From: Acidimicrobiia bacterium
Lineage (GTDB): Bacteria; Actinomycetota; Acidimicrobiia; Actinomarinales; Actinomarinaceae
Direction of reading: 5' to 3'
NCBI GenBank assembly: GCA_028376655.1
Contig: JAONAZ010000003.1
Location: 18,109-82,108, forward strand
DNA: 64,000 bases
The notes beneath the pieces are model-generated. The model was not told the DNA's origin. It did not search any database and was given only the letters and a program-made list of their open reading frames with translations. This document shows positions 1 to 8,359 of the stretch, one piece after another. A program made the position numbers and the translations under genes. Numbering within the stretch: position 1 is the stretch's first letter; every line of letters begins with the position of its first letter.

Positions 1-157
1 TTCAGATGAAATTGTTGAACTATAAAAAAAATAAACGGATGGGAATATTAAATACCAGTAATCGAATGGAGGAAAACTGAGAAAATATAACGCTCCTGCA
101 AATATTGACTTTAATAACATATGTTCATATGTTAGTAATTACTGGCAACGAAATAAA

Positions 158-892
158 TTAAAATATACTTCTGTATATAACTATCAAGCCAGAAATTATT
201 GAAAAATAAGTTACCATTTCCGCAATTAATTTATCAGAAACCATAGAAAAAAGTGAAGTTGAAAATCGTATACCTAATAAAACTGGAATGATTAAATATA
301 GAAACAAAATTATATGATCTATGTTTAAGTTTCCATTGAAGAATAACAATGAAAGAGTAATGACAATACCTAAAGTAAATACAGCATTTAAAGAGGGGCG
401 AAACTCATCACCCTTAGTACCTCGATACAAAATTGCAACAGGGGGACCGCCTATTGCAGCAATCATCCCAAAAATTCCTGAGAGTGTTCCAGCTATAAAA
501 GAATTTTTTGGGTTTCTTTTTACATTCCATCCAAAAAAAGATCCTAATCCAGCACTAAGTACTATCAAACCGACTGAAATGGATAAAGGTTTGGGGTCTA
601 AAGTGGTTAAAAAATATAAACCAATTGGTCCTCCTACTAATCGACCAATAATCAGAAACCTTACTGGCTCCCAGTTCACTTTTGATTTTTCTCGAAAGAA
701 AACTCTCAAAGCTAAAGGTAGGCCCAAGAGTGAAAGTAATTGAGGAATTAATAAAGGGTTTATTTGAATAATTATTGGTGAAGCTATTACCGCAAATCCG
801 AAGCCAAGAACTCCTTGAACCGCTGCTGAGAGGAATACAAGAAATCCAAGAAAGATTAATTCCTGTAGAGCTAGGTCAAAGGGGATGGTCAA
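158..892 (-). CDS. TauE/SafE (TSUP) family anion exporter membrane protein
   Basis: The 244 aa ORF is multi-TM with Gly-rich helices (GVLGFGFAVIASP, IGGPPVAILY) typical of the TauE/SafE family. It has a TTG start at 890-892 that overlaps the stop of the upstream Rdx-like gene. Confidence 0.72.
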   Translation of the reverse strand: MTIPFDLALQELIFLGFLVFLSAAVQGVLGFGFAVIASPIIIQINPLLIPQLLSLLGLPLALRVFFREKSKVNWEPVRFLIIGRLVGGPIGLYFLTTLDPKPLSISVGLIVLSAGLGSFFGWNVKRNPKNSFIAGTLSGIFGMIAAIGGPPVAILYRGTKGDEFRPSLNAVFTLGIVITLSLLFFNGNLNIDHIILFLYLIIPVLLGIRFSTSLFSMVSDKLIAEMVTYFSIISGLIVIYRSIF

Positions 893-1125
893 CTAAGTGC
901 TTTTTCAATAAGACTTAGAATCTCACCTTCTTCTGTGTGTCTTCCTGTCTCAAGTTTTGAATAAAGAAGAGTTTCATTTAAGTAGAATTCAAAAACCCCT
1001 CCTGATCCAGGAATTAAATTTATAGAACTAACTTTTTGACCGTATATTTCTAAAATGTCTTCTATCGTACTAACTGCACGAGGTGTGTAGTTTCAAACTA
1101 CACAAAATTCAAGTTTGATATCCAT
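889..1125 (-). CDS. Rdx/SelW-like thioredoxin-fold selenoprotein candidate (in-frame UGA = Sec)
   Basis: This gene is absent from the ORF track because of the TGA at 1093-1095. Reading from ATG 1125 to TGA 889-891 gives MDIKLEFCVV[U]NYTPRAVSTIEDILEIYGQKVSSINLIPGSGGVFEFYLNETLLYSKLETGRHTEEGEILSLIEKALS. That matches the Rdx family pattern (IEYCxxC..RA....L, PGxGGxFE, SK..GR.P), with UGA at the second redox position. Confidence 0.7.
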
Positions 1126-1162
1126 AACATAAATACTATCATAAAAAACTCAGAGGAGTTAC

Positions 1163-3064
1163 GTGTTTGACTATTCAAAAATAACAAAAAGTGATCTTAT
1201 TGAAGATGTTGAAAAAACACTTAAAACAAGCAGCGCCCTAATCGATGATATAAAAAATTTAAAACTTCCAACGCTAATGATGTTTGATCTGTTCGAAAGA
1301 CTTATTTCAGACCTATCTGGAAGAGTTGCTTTTTTAGCAGATGTTAGCGAATCAGAAGAAATAAGAAATTATGGTAACGAAGCGGAATCTCTTATAGGTA
1401 ACTACCTCCTTGAAGTAACTACTGATGTTGGCTTATATGATAAATTCAAAGTAATAAATTCTAACAACTTAGATGATGAGTCCAAAAAATACCGTGATGA
1501 ACTTGAAAAAGACTTTATTGATGCGGGTCATAATTTAATACGAGAACAAAAATTAAGACTTATTGAAATTGAAAAGAAATTAATTGATCTAGAGATTGGT
1601 TTTTCAAAAAATATAGCGAATGATAAATCAGAAGTTTACCTAACAGCCTCTGAGCTAACTGGTCTAAGTGAAGGTGAGTTGGGAAACTTAAAGTTAAAAT
1701 CTGATAAATATATAGTGACTATGGCTTACCCAGATGTAAATGCCGTTTTAGAAAATTGTACAAATCGAGATTCAAGAAAAGCTGTTTGGAAAGCATTTAA
1801 TAATAGAGCTGTGAAAACGAACTCCCCTATTCTCAAGGAAGCAGTTGTTCTTAGAAATGAAAAAGCAAAATTATTTGGATTCAATACTTGGGCTGAGTAC
1901 AGACTTAAATATCGAATGGCAAAAAATCCTAATAATGTAAATGTAATGTATGAAAGTTTAATTCCGATACTTCAAGAATCTGCAGAAATCGAGAAAATAG
2001 ATCTCTGTACGGACAATATTGAAGCATCTGAAGTAGCACCTTGGGATATTCGATATTTCATAACAAAAAAAAGAAATGAGCTCAGTAGTATCGACAATAG
2101 TGAGTTAAAAAAATATTTTCATATTCACGATGTAAAAAATGAAATGTTTTCTATTTGCGAAGATGTTTTTGATATTTCAATCAAAAAAGAAAAGTCGACG
2201 ACAGCTTGGCAAGAAGATGTAGAACTTTGGTCTATATGGAATGAAAATAACGAACAAATTGCTTACTTCTATCTAGACCTATATCCAAGAGAAGGTAAAT
2301 ATACCCACGCTGCAGTGTTTGATATCTCACCCGGAAGTCAAGATGGTGAGTCATTACCCGTATGTTCCATGGTCACAAACTTTCCTAATCCAAACACAGG
2401 AGATGGACTAATGACATTTGACGAAGTAGAAACCCTTTTTCACGAATTTGGACACGTATTACATAATGGAATCGGAAAATCAACATTTGCCCGGTTTGTT
2501 GGGGCAAACGTTGAGTGGGATTTTGTGGAAGCTCCAAGTCAAATAATGGAACATTGGGTATGGAAAAGTGAATGCTTACAAAGATTTTCTAGACATGTAG
2601 ATACAGGAGAAGTATTAAATGATGAGTTGAGTAAAAAGCTTAATTCAACGAAAAATATAGGTATTAGTCTCTTAACTCTTCGCCAAGTGTCCTTTGGATT
2701 AGCAGATCAATATTTACATGGATCAGATTTTAAAGACAGTCTTGACGAAATCGAAAGAAGGTCACAAGAAGTCACAACAATTACTTATCCTCAAGATGTA
2801 AATCATCTAGGTGCATTTGGACACTTGTTGGGAGGTTACGATGCCGCGTATTATGGCTATCTATGGGCAGACATAATAGGAGATGATTTATTTAGTAGGT
2901 TTGAAAAAGAGGGAGTTCTCTCTAAAAGTGTTGGGGTGGAATATAAAGAGAAAATATTAGCAGTTGGTGGATCTAAAAATGCTGAAACAATGGTAGAAGA
3001 CTTTCTTGGCAGAAAGTGGAATGATCAAGCTTTTTTGAAACAAAAAAAATTAGGAGATTCTTGA
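1163..3064 (+). CDS. M3 family zinc metallopeptidase (oligopeptidase A / dipeptidyl carboxypeptidase-like)
   Basis: The ORF is 633 aa with a GTG start and contains the HEFGH zinc motif (LFHEFGHVLHNG). Its length and overall pattern fit thimet/Dcp family M3. Confidence 0.85.
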   Translation: MFDYSKITKSDLIEDVEKTLKTSSALIDDIKNLKLPTLMMFDLFERLISDLSGRVAFLADVSESEEIRNYGNEAESLIGNYLLEVTTDVGLYDKFKVINSNNLDDESKKYRDELEKDFIDAGHNLIREQKLRLIEIEKKLIDLEIGFSKNIANDKSEVYLTASELTGLSEGELGNLKLKSDKYIVTMAYPDVNAVLENCTNRDSRKAVWKAFNNRAVKTNSPILKEAVVLRNEKAKLFGFNTWAEYRLKYRMAKNPNNVNVMYESLIPILQESAEIEKIDLCTDNIEASEVAPWDIRYFITKKRNELSSIDNSELKKYFHIHDVKNEMFSICEDVFDISIKKEKSTTAWQEDVELWSIWNENNEQIAYFYLDLYPREGKYTHAAVFDISPGSQDGESLPVCSMVTNFPNPNTGDGLMTFDEVETLFHEFGHVLHNGIGKSTFARFVGANVEWDFVEAPSQIMEHWVWKSECLQRFSRHVDTGEVLNDELSKKLNSTKNIGISLLTLRQVSFGLADQYLHGSDFKDSLDEIERRSQEVTTITYPQDVNHLGAFGHLLGGYDAAYYGYLWADIIGDDLFSRFEKEGVLSKSVGVEYKEKILAVGGSKNAETMVEDFLGRKWNDQAFLKQKKLGDS

Positions 3065-3101
3065 AGAAAAGCTTGCATCCTCTTAATAAAGTTGTTAACC
3101 T

Positions 3102-3117
3102 TGTGAATATATTCACA
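3102..3117. promoter_or_regulatory. Perfect TGTGA-N6-TCACA palindrome (CRP/FNR/GlxR-type operator candidate)
   Basis: The sequence is TGTGAATATATTCACA, lying within the 18-bp perfect palindrome TTGTGAATATATTCACAA. It ends 19 bp upstream of the ATG at 3136, and a near-identical copy sits at 39269-39284. Confidence 0.45.
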
Positions 3118-3135
3118 AAGTAAAAAAGGAACGAA

Positions 3136-3330
3136 ATGACTGACGGACTAAAAGCAAGTCAAATTAAAGGTGGAATAAGGCCTTCTAAAAGTTTTGACCA
3201 GGGCAGAGTGTGTAAGGATGAATCTTGCAGCACAAAACTAAGCATATATAACAAGAGAGATCATTGTTTTAATCATGCTCCTGTAAAGTATCCTCGAGTA
3301 AGAGGTCGTATTTTACAAGAGACTGCATAA
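3136..3330 (+). CDS. Small zinc-ribbon-like protein of unknown function
   Basis: The ORF is 64 aa with a good SD (AAGGAA) and the pattern C-x4-C-x17-C-x2-H (CKDESC...CFNH). I do not recognise a named family. Confidence 0.5.
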   Translation: MTDGLKASQIKGGIRPSKSFDQGRVCKDESCSTKLSIYNKRDHCFNHAPVKYPRVRGRILQETA

Positions 3331-3392
3331 ATTTTTAATAAACTACCAAATACAAATGAGATCTATAAAAAATATTATATTAATATAAACTT

Positions 3393-3596
3393 ATGGATTT
3401 AAAATTCACTGTTCCTGAAATAAGTTGTGGGCACTGTAAAGAAACAATTGAGAAAGCCCTCGACGTTACAGGCATATCAAATATTAATGTTGATATTGAT
3501 AGTAAGGCTGTTTCATTAAATATTTCAGAAGAAACTGAGATATCAACTATAGAGTCTTTGCTTGATGAACAGGGCTACTCTATTGTCAGAAATTAA
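3393..3596 (+). CDS. copZ: Heavy-metal-associated (HMA) copper chaperone CopZ-like
   Basis: The 67 aa ORF carries the metal-binding loop SCGHC in a ferredoxin-like HMA context and sits immediately upstream of a Cu P-type ATPase. Confidence 0.8.
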   Translation: MDLKFTVPEISCGHCKETIEKALDVTGISNINVDIDSKAVSLNISEETEISTIESLLDEQGYSIVRN

Positions 3597-5628
3597 AGAA
3601 ACCTTAACTCTCGATTTAGAGGGAATGACTTGTGCTGCATGTGCAGCAAGAATTGAAAGAGTTATTTCTAAAAATGAATATATTGAGTCTGTATCAGTAA
3701 ATTTTCCATTAAAAAAAGCAGTTGTTAGATATAAAACCGAACTCAACATTGATGAATTAATTAAAAAGATCGGCTCTATAGGTTATTCGGCTAACATCTC
3801 CTCTTCAGAGGTTGAATCTGCTCAAAACTATAAAAATATTTTCCTTGTCCCATTTTTATCTTTAGGTTTTTCTGCAGGCATCTCTCAAGGATTTAATACC
3901 AATAACTCATTGAGAGCATATGTATTAGGTTTCATAGTTATATTTGTGTTTGGAAGACGTTTTCATATTTCCGCAGCAAAGAAAATAGTACACTTTGAAT
4001 TTAATATGGACACCCTCATTTCCCTTGGTAGCTTAAGTTCGGTAGCAGTGTCTCTTCTCCCGTCTGCTAATAGTGATATGTTCCTTGATGCGGGAGCTTA
4101 TATAATTTCATTTGTATTGTTTGGCAAAGCAGTTGAAGAAGTTTCAATTCAAAGCTCTATAGATGTATCTGAAGCCATTAAAAATTCTAGACCTCAAAAT
4201 GCTAAATTATTGAATAATGGAAATATTGAAGTAAAGATGGTTTCAGATCTATCAGGGGGTGATCTTATTGGCGTTTCCCCAGGTGAAATCATTCCAATTG
4301 ATGGAGTTATTACTTCGGGGTCTTCTTCAACTAACGAAGACTTTCTTACCGGCGAGTCAATACCTGTAAATAAAAAAACTGGTGATAATGTATTGGCTGG
4401 GAGTATTAACTTAGATGGATATATAGAAGTTGAAGTTAAGGATGATGCAGCCTCAACATATGATTTTATAGAGAAACTTATTCTAGAAGCACAGTCAACC
4501 ACACCAGCCATTCAAAAAAATCTTGATAAAGTAACACAATTTTTTGTACCGGGAATACTTACTCTAAGTCTTTCTTCATTCGTATACAGATATTTTCTTT
4601 TAGGTAATGATTTAATAAGATCTCTTGAGGTTGCTATCTCAGTATTAGTGATTGCTTGTCCTTGTGCTCTCGGTTTAGCCACACCAATAGTATTGTATAA
4701 AGCTTCTACGTTGGGATACAGAGATGGATTTATTTTTAAAAATTTTGATAAATTACAAAACTTAAAACAACTTAATAAAATTATTTTTGATAAAACTGGC
4801 ACTCTCACGTCTGGTATTTTTAGTATAAAAAAAATTGATGTTGGCAACTCTAAGTTAACTGAAGACATAGTGTTGTCATACGCTGCTAGCTTGGAGGTGA
4901 AGTCAAATCATCCTGTGGCAAAAAGTCTACTTCTAGAGGCGGAAAAAAGAAACTTGGAGTTATTTTCTTCAAAAAATGTCAAAGAAGTCACCGGGTCTGG
5001 AATTCATGGATCAATACATGACACTGTCATTTCTGTTTTTAGAAAAAAAGATTTTGAGAATGTGCTCGAAATAACTATTGATGATGAGAAAGCTTATATT
5101 CACCTTCAAGAAGATATGACAGTAGATAAAAATCTAATTAATAAAACAAAAAAATATTATGATATTTCAATTTTATCAGGTGATAGTTCAGAGAAAGTTT
5201 CACTTTTAGCAGATGAATTAGGAATTGAAAATGCTTTTGGCGATCAAACCCCTGAGGACAAACTTGAATTTGTAAAAAATGTTCAAAAAACAGAGGGTGT
5301 TATTTTTATAGGGGATGGTGTAAATGACTCTCCTTCCTTGCAACAGGCAAATGTTTCTATTACAACCTCAATAAGTAGCCAAATTGCCCAAGCATCCAGT
5401 GATATCGTTATTCACGAAGGGGGAATTGAGAAAATCCTTAAAATTAGGAATCTAGCTTTAGTTAGTAGCAAACGAGTCTGGCAAAATCTATTTCTTGCAT
5501 TCATCTACAACACTCTGATGATACCAGTAGCTATTTCTGGAAACATATCACCAAAACTAGGAGCATTGGCAATGGCTGTATCTAGTATTTCAGTAGTTTT
5601 AAATTCTTCAAGAAAACTAGTTAAATAG
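3562..5628 (+). CDS. copA: Copper-translocating P1B-type ATPase
   Basis: The 688 aa ORF has an N-terminal HMA motif GMTCAAC, the CPC motif in TM6 (IACPCALGLATP), the phosphorylation site DKTGTLT and the hinge GDGVNDSP. The exact start is uncertain because it overlaps copZ. Confidence 0.9.
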   Translation: MMNRATLLSEIKETLTLDLEGMTCAACAARIERVISKNEYIESVSVNFPLKKAVVRYKTELNIDELIKKIGSIGYSANISSSEVESAQNYKNIFLVPFLSLGFSAGISQGFNTNNSLRAYVLGFIVIFVFGRRFHISAAKKIVHFEFNMDTLISLGSLSSVAVSLLPSANSDMFLDAGAYIISFVLFGKAVEEVSIQSSIDVSEAIKNSRPQNAKLLNNGNIEVKMVSDLSGGDLIGVSPGEIIPIDGVITSGSSSTNEDFLTGESIPVNKKTGDNVLAGSINLDGYIEVEVKDDAASTYDFIEKLILEAQSTTPAIQKNLDKVTQFFVPGILTLSLSSFVYRYFLLGNDLIRSLEVAISVLVIACPCALGLATPIVLYKASTLGYRDGFIFKNFDKLQNLKQLNKIIFDKTGTLTSGIFSIKKIDVGNSKLTEDIVLSYAASLEVKSNHPVAKSLLLEAEKRNLELFSSKNVKEVTGSGIHGSIHDTVISVFRKKDFENVLEITIDDEKAYIHLQEDMTVDKNLINKTKKYYDISILSGDSSEKVSLLADELGIENAFGDQTPEDKLEFVKNVQKTEGVIFIGDGVNDSPSLQQANVSITTSISSQIAQASSDIVIHEGGIEKILKIRNLALVSSKRVWQNLFLAFIYNTLMIPVAISGNISPKLGALAMAVSSISVVLNSSRKLVK

Positions 5629-5665
5629 TTTCTAGATAAATCTTCACATTGATTAATCTTTTAAT

Positions 5666-6523
5666 ATGGACGATATAATTTGGCACAGAAAACCACTTTT
5701 ATCTGAACCAGTAGCTGTTCTGGCCTTTGAAGGTTGGAGTGATGCAGGAAATACAGCAAGTGGATGCATTGAAAATCTCTGTAGCAATCATGATGTTGAT
5801 CCATTTGCTGAAGTTAACTCTGAAAACTTTTATAACTACCAGATGAGAAGACCCATTGTAGATGTAAAAGAGATTGGTGAAAGAAATTTTCACTGGCCTC
5901 AAACCTCGTTTTACTCAATTGAAGATTATAAATCTGCAAACGATATTATATTAGTTTTTGGAGAAGAGCCATCAATGAGGTGGAAAACTTACTCAGAAAA
6001 TATTGCCAATACCTTGATTGAGTTAGGCGTTAAAAAAGCAGTCACACTTGGGGCGTTCTTTGGACAAGTGGCTCATACCCTGCCTGTTCCTATCTTTGGT
6101 GTCAGTGATGATCCGACATTTAATTCAAGATATAATGTTTTACCTACAAACTATTCTGGCCCAACCGGTATCACAAGTGTTGTGGGGCATGAACTAAGAA
6201 ATAGCGGAATAGAAACGTCAGGTCTGTGGGCTGCTGTTCCTCATTATCTTAGTTCTGGTGGATATCCTAAAGGAATCAGCGCTTTGTTAAATAAATCAGC
6301 CGATATTTTAAAAATTGATATTGATGACACCGGTATTCAAACAGAAGGACAGCAATTTGAGACAAAAATCAAGAAAGCTATGGAGAATTCTGAAGATCTA
6401 GCAGATTATGTAGCGAAACTCGAAGATGCAGAATTAACAATTGAAGATATTTCTGATGATGCAGATGATAGTCTTGTTCAACAGATTGAAGAGTTTCTAA
6501 ATAATGAGTCTGGGGAAGTCTAG
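5666..6523 (+). CDS. PAC2 (proteasome assembly chaperone 2-like) family protein
   Basis: The 285 aa ORF has the N-terminal LAFEGWSDAGNTAS signature of actinobacterial PAC2 family proteins and an acidic C-terminal tail. Confidence 0.72.
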   Translation: MDDIIWHRKPLLSEPVAVLAFEGWSDAGNTASGCIENLCSNHDVDPFAEVNSENFYNYQMRRPIVDVKEIGERNFHWPQTSFYSIEDYKSANDIILVFGEEPSMRWKTYSENIANTLIELGVKKAVTLGAFFGQVAHTLPVPIFGVSDDPTFNSRYNVLPTNYSGPTGITSVVGHELRNSGIETSGLWAAVPHYLSSGGYPKGISALLNKSADILKIDIDDTGIQTEGQQFETKIKKAMENSEDLADYVAKLEDAELTIEDISDDADDSLVQQIEEFLNNESGEV

Positions 6524-6615
6524 ACGCTTTTCTTCTTATGTCTATTTGACTTACGACGTTTTCTATATTTATGTTTAGACATTTTTTTACGTCTTTTTTT
6601 AATCAAAGATCCCAT
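6520..6615 (-). CDS. 30S ribosomal protein bS22 (actinobacterial small basic protein)
   Basis: This 31 aa ORF is below the ORF-track cutoff and reads MGSLIKKRRKKMSKHKYRKRRKSNRHKKKSV. It matches the mycobacterial bS22 pattern MGSVIKKRRKRMSKKKHRK. Its stop shares the CTAG tetranucleotide with the convergent PAC2 stop. Confidence 0.8.
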   Translation of the reverse strand: MGSLIKKRRKKMSKHKYRKRRKSNRHKKKSV

Positions 6616-6685
6616 AAATTAAATTTTTTCCTTTTTACCTAACTGCGAAATTCTAACGCATTTTCATCATTAATTGAAAATCTTT

Positions 6686-7543
6686 TTAAAGTTTTTTGTT
6701 CTCTGAATACCTTATAGCTTTGTTTAGAGTCATGACACTATCATCATCATTTGGAGATCTTTTCAATGCCCATAATCCCCAAGTAATCATTGATAGTATT
6801 TCAAAATACTGAAATTTTTCCTTCTCTTCATTCGTTTTAATGCCGATTTCATCAAGTGCTTCACTTCTTAGGTTTTTATCTAAATCAAACTTATTTTGGC
6901 AAAATAAATCAGCATAATCAAAATATGGGTCTCCCATCGACGAGTACTCCCAGTCGATGAGAAAGGTCTCATCTTTATATATAACAAAATTACCGGGGTA
7001 TAAATCTTGATGGCACGGGTTGTTGTTTATTCCAATTTCATTTAACTTTTTAACGATTTTTAAACCTACCTCTTTTGATTCTTCTTCAATTGGATTTGAA
7101 ATATCTGCAATATCACTAAATACACTTAGTGGAGAAAAGTTTTTTTTAAATATTAGGTCTGAGTTATGTAATATTTTTAATTTACTAAACGCATTATTTC
7201 TCATTTTTGGATTCTGAAAATCATAAGATTTATATGTATATATATCAAAAAATTCTGAAATTTTAATTCCCGTCTGTTCATCAAAAATTAGATAGGGTAA
7301 CGTTAAGCCATACTCTTGAGCTTTTGAAGTATTGTGTTTTTCAGATATTCTATTAATAACATCCGGGTTGTCTCCTGGAATTCTCAATACAAATTTTTTA
7401 TTATCAACATTCACAACGTAACTAGTATTTGTTATACCATCTAGTGTTGAGATTTCATAATTACTCTTATCTTTTGACTTAGAAATGTTATATTTTAAAA
7501 AAATTTCTATCACTTTACTAGTATTGAACATATTCATTATCAT
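6686..7543 (-). CDS. Choline/ethanolamine kinase-like (APH superfamily) phosphotransferase
   Basis: The 285 aa ORF has the Brenner-type catalytic motif HQDLYPGNF followed by IDWEYSSMGDPYFDYADLF, as seen in ChoK/LicA-like kinases. Confidence 0.65.
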   Translation of the reverse strand: MIMNMFNTSKVIEIFLKYNISKSKDKSNYEISTLDGITNTSYVVNVDNKKFVLRIPGDNPDVINRISEKHNTSKAQEYGLTLPYLIFDEQTGIKISEFFDIYTYKSYDFQNPKMRNNAFSKLKILHNSDLIFKKNFSPLSVFSDIADISNPIEEESKEVGLKIVKKLNEIGINNNPCHQDLYPGNFVIYKDETFLIDWEYSSMGDPYFDYADLFCQNKFDLDKNLRSEALDEIGIKTNEEKEKFQYFEILSMITWGLWALKRSPNDDDSVMTLNKAIRYSENKKL

Positions 7544-7553
7544 AATATAAGTT

Positions 7554-7754
7554 ATGAATGATCCATTTGCACTAGATTTAACAATTAATTTACTACTTCT
7601 TGGTTTTGGAGGAGCAATGTTTGCAGGAAGTCTATTCGCATATTTAAATAGGAATAACAGATCAGAAGATTTTTATGCACCACGCACATTGTTTTTGGGA
7701 AGTATAGGTTTTTTTATAACTTTTTGGGCAATTGCTTCTATTGTAAATAATTAA
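7554..7754 (+). CDS. Small two-TM membrane protein, unknown function
   Basis: The 66 aa ORF has two hydrophobic segments. I recognise no family. Confidence 0.35.
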   Translation: MNDPFALDLTINLLLLGFGGAMFAGSLFAYLNRNNRSEDFYAPRTLFLGSIGFFITFWAIASIVNN

Positions 7755-7798
7755 TAAACTCAAAAAGTCGGTTAGTATATTCAAAGAAAAGAGAAAGC

Positions 7799-8359
7799 AT
7801 GCTTTCAGATGTCGATATAAAAAAAGCACTTAAAGATAATTTAATTCAAATAAATCCTTTAGAGGAAAGCTATATACAACCCTCAAGTATTGATTTAAAA
7901 GTTGGAAAAGATTTTCGAGTTTTTGAAAAACATAAATATAGCCACATTGATCCGAAAGCTGAACAACAAGACCTCACTAGCTTAGTTACAGCTACGGAAG
8001 CTGAACCTTTTGTCTTACATCCTGGTGAATTTGTTTTGGGCACTACATTTGAAAAAGTTACTTTATCTAACAAAGTTGTGGCTAGGTTAGAAGGGAAATC
8101 TTCACTCGGAAGAATTGGGCTACTAATCCACTCTACAGCAGGATTCGTAGATCCTGGATTTTCTGGTTACTTGACTTTGGAACTATCTAATGTTGCAAAC
8201 TTACCAATTATGATTTATCCAGAAATGAAGATTGGTCAGATTTCATTTTATTATTTAAACTCTCCATCCGAAGCAACCTATGGCTCTGAAGCATATGGAA
8301 GTAAGTATCAAGGACAAGAAGGTCCTACTCCAAGTAGAAGTCATAACGACTTTAAATAA
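7799..8359 (+). CDS. dcd: dCTP deaminase (possibly bifunctional dCTP deaminase/dUTPase)
   Basis: The 186 aa ORF starts MLSD.DI and has the [11 protein letters not shown] and [15 protein letters not shown] motifs characteristic of Dcd. Confidence 0.9.
   Translation: MLSDVDIKKALKDNLIQINPLEESYIQPSSIDLKVGKDFRVFEKHKYSHIDPKAEQQDLTSLVTATEAEPFVLHPGEFVLGTTFEKVTLSNKVVARLEGKSSLGRIGLLIHSTAGFVDPGFSGYLTLELSNVANLPIMIYPEMKIGQISFYYLNSPSEATYGSEAYGSKYQGQEGPTPSRSHNDFK

Noticed and set aside
116-133. The 8-2-8 inverted repeat AACATATG-tt-CATATGTT downstream of the TauE-like gene, considered as a terminator or operator.
   Set aside because: It has no T-tract on either strand, it is composed entirely of A/T-rich sequence that is easily palindromic by chance, and no adjacent promoter context is visible at the window edge.
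1-157. A possible 3' end of a + strand gene at the left edge of the window.
   Set aside because: Open frames of fewer than 30 codons exist in two frames with no recognisable motif, so this cannot be supported.
321-743. The 140-aa + strand ORF lying opposite the TauE-like gene. The same applies to similar antisense or alternative-frame ORFs in the track, for example 3543-3749, 4194-4868, 5699-5902, 7020-7217, 7870-8073, 8352-8573, 9309-9539, 9713-10345, 10613-11356, 15382-15858, 18047-18526, 21764-22251, 22573-22869, 23780-23977, 24308-24936, 25490-25717, 26720-26944, 29392-29688, 30974-31516, 33381-34031, 36956-37255, 37504-38186, 38575-38871, 40090-40898, 41304-42842, 43476-43718, 44338-44637, 48400-48807, 49054-50176, 50515-50853, 52420-53383, 53560-53784, 55896-57755, 58279-58587, 59300-59970, 62310-62797 and 63762-63992.
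   Set aside because: Each one lies fully or mostly inside a longer ORF, on the other strand or in another frame, that has clear family motifs. Their translations are low-complexity shadow sequences typical of AT-rich genomes, with no recognisable domains or SD-start context.
889-1125. Genome-wide UGA reassignment (code 4/25-like) as an explanation for the in-frame TGA.
   Set aside because: TGA terminates well-conserved genes at their expected lengths in this window, for example the M3 peptidase at 3062-3064 and the Rdx gene itself at 889-891. Local Sec recoding or a pseudogene is therefore more parsimonious.
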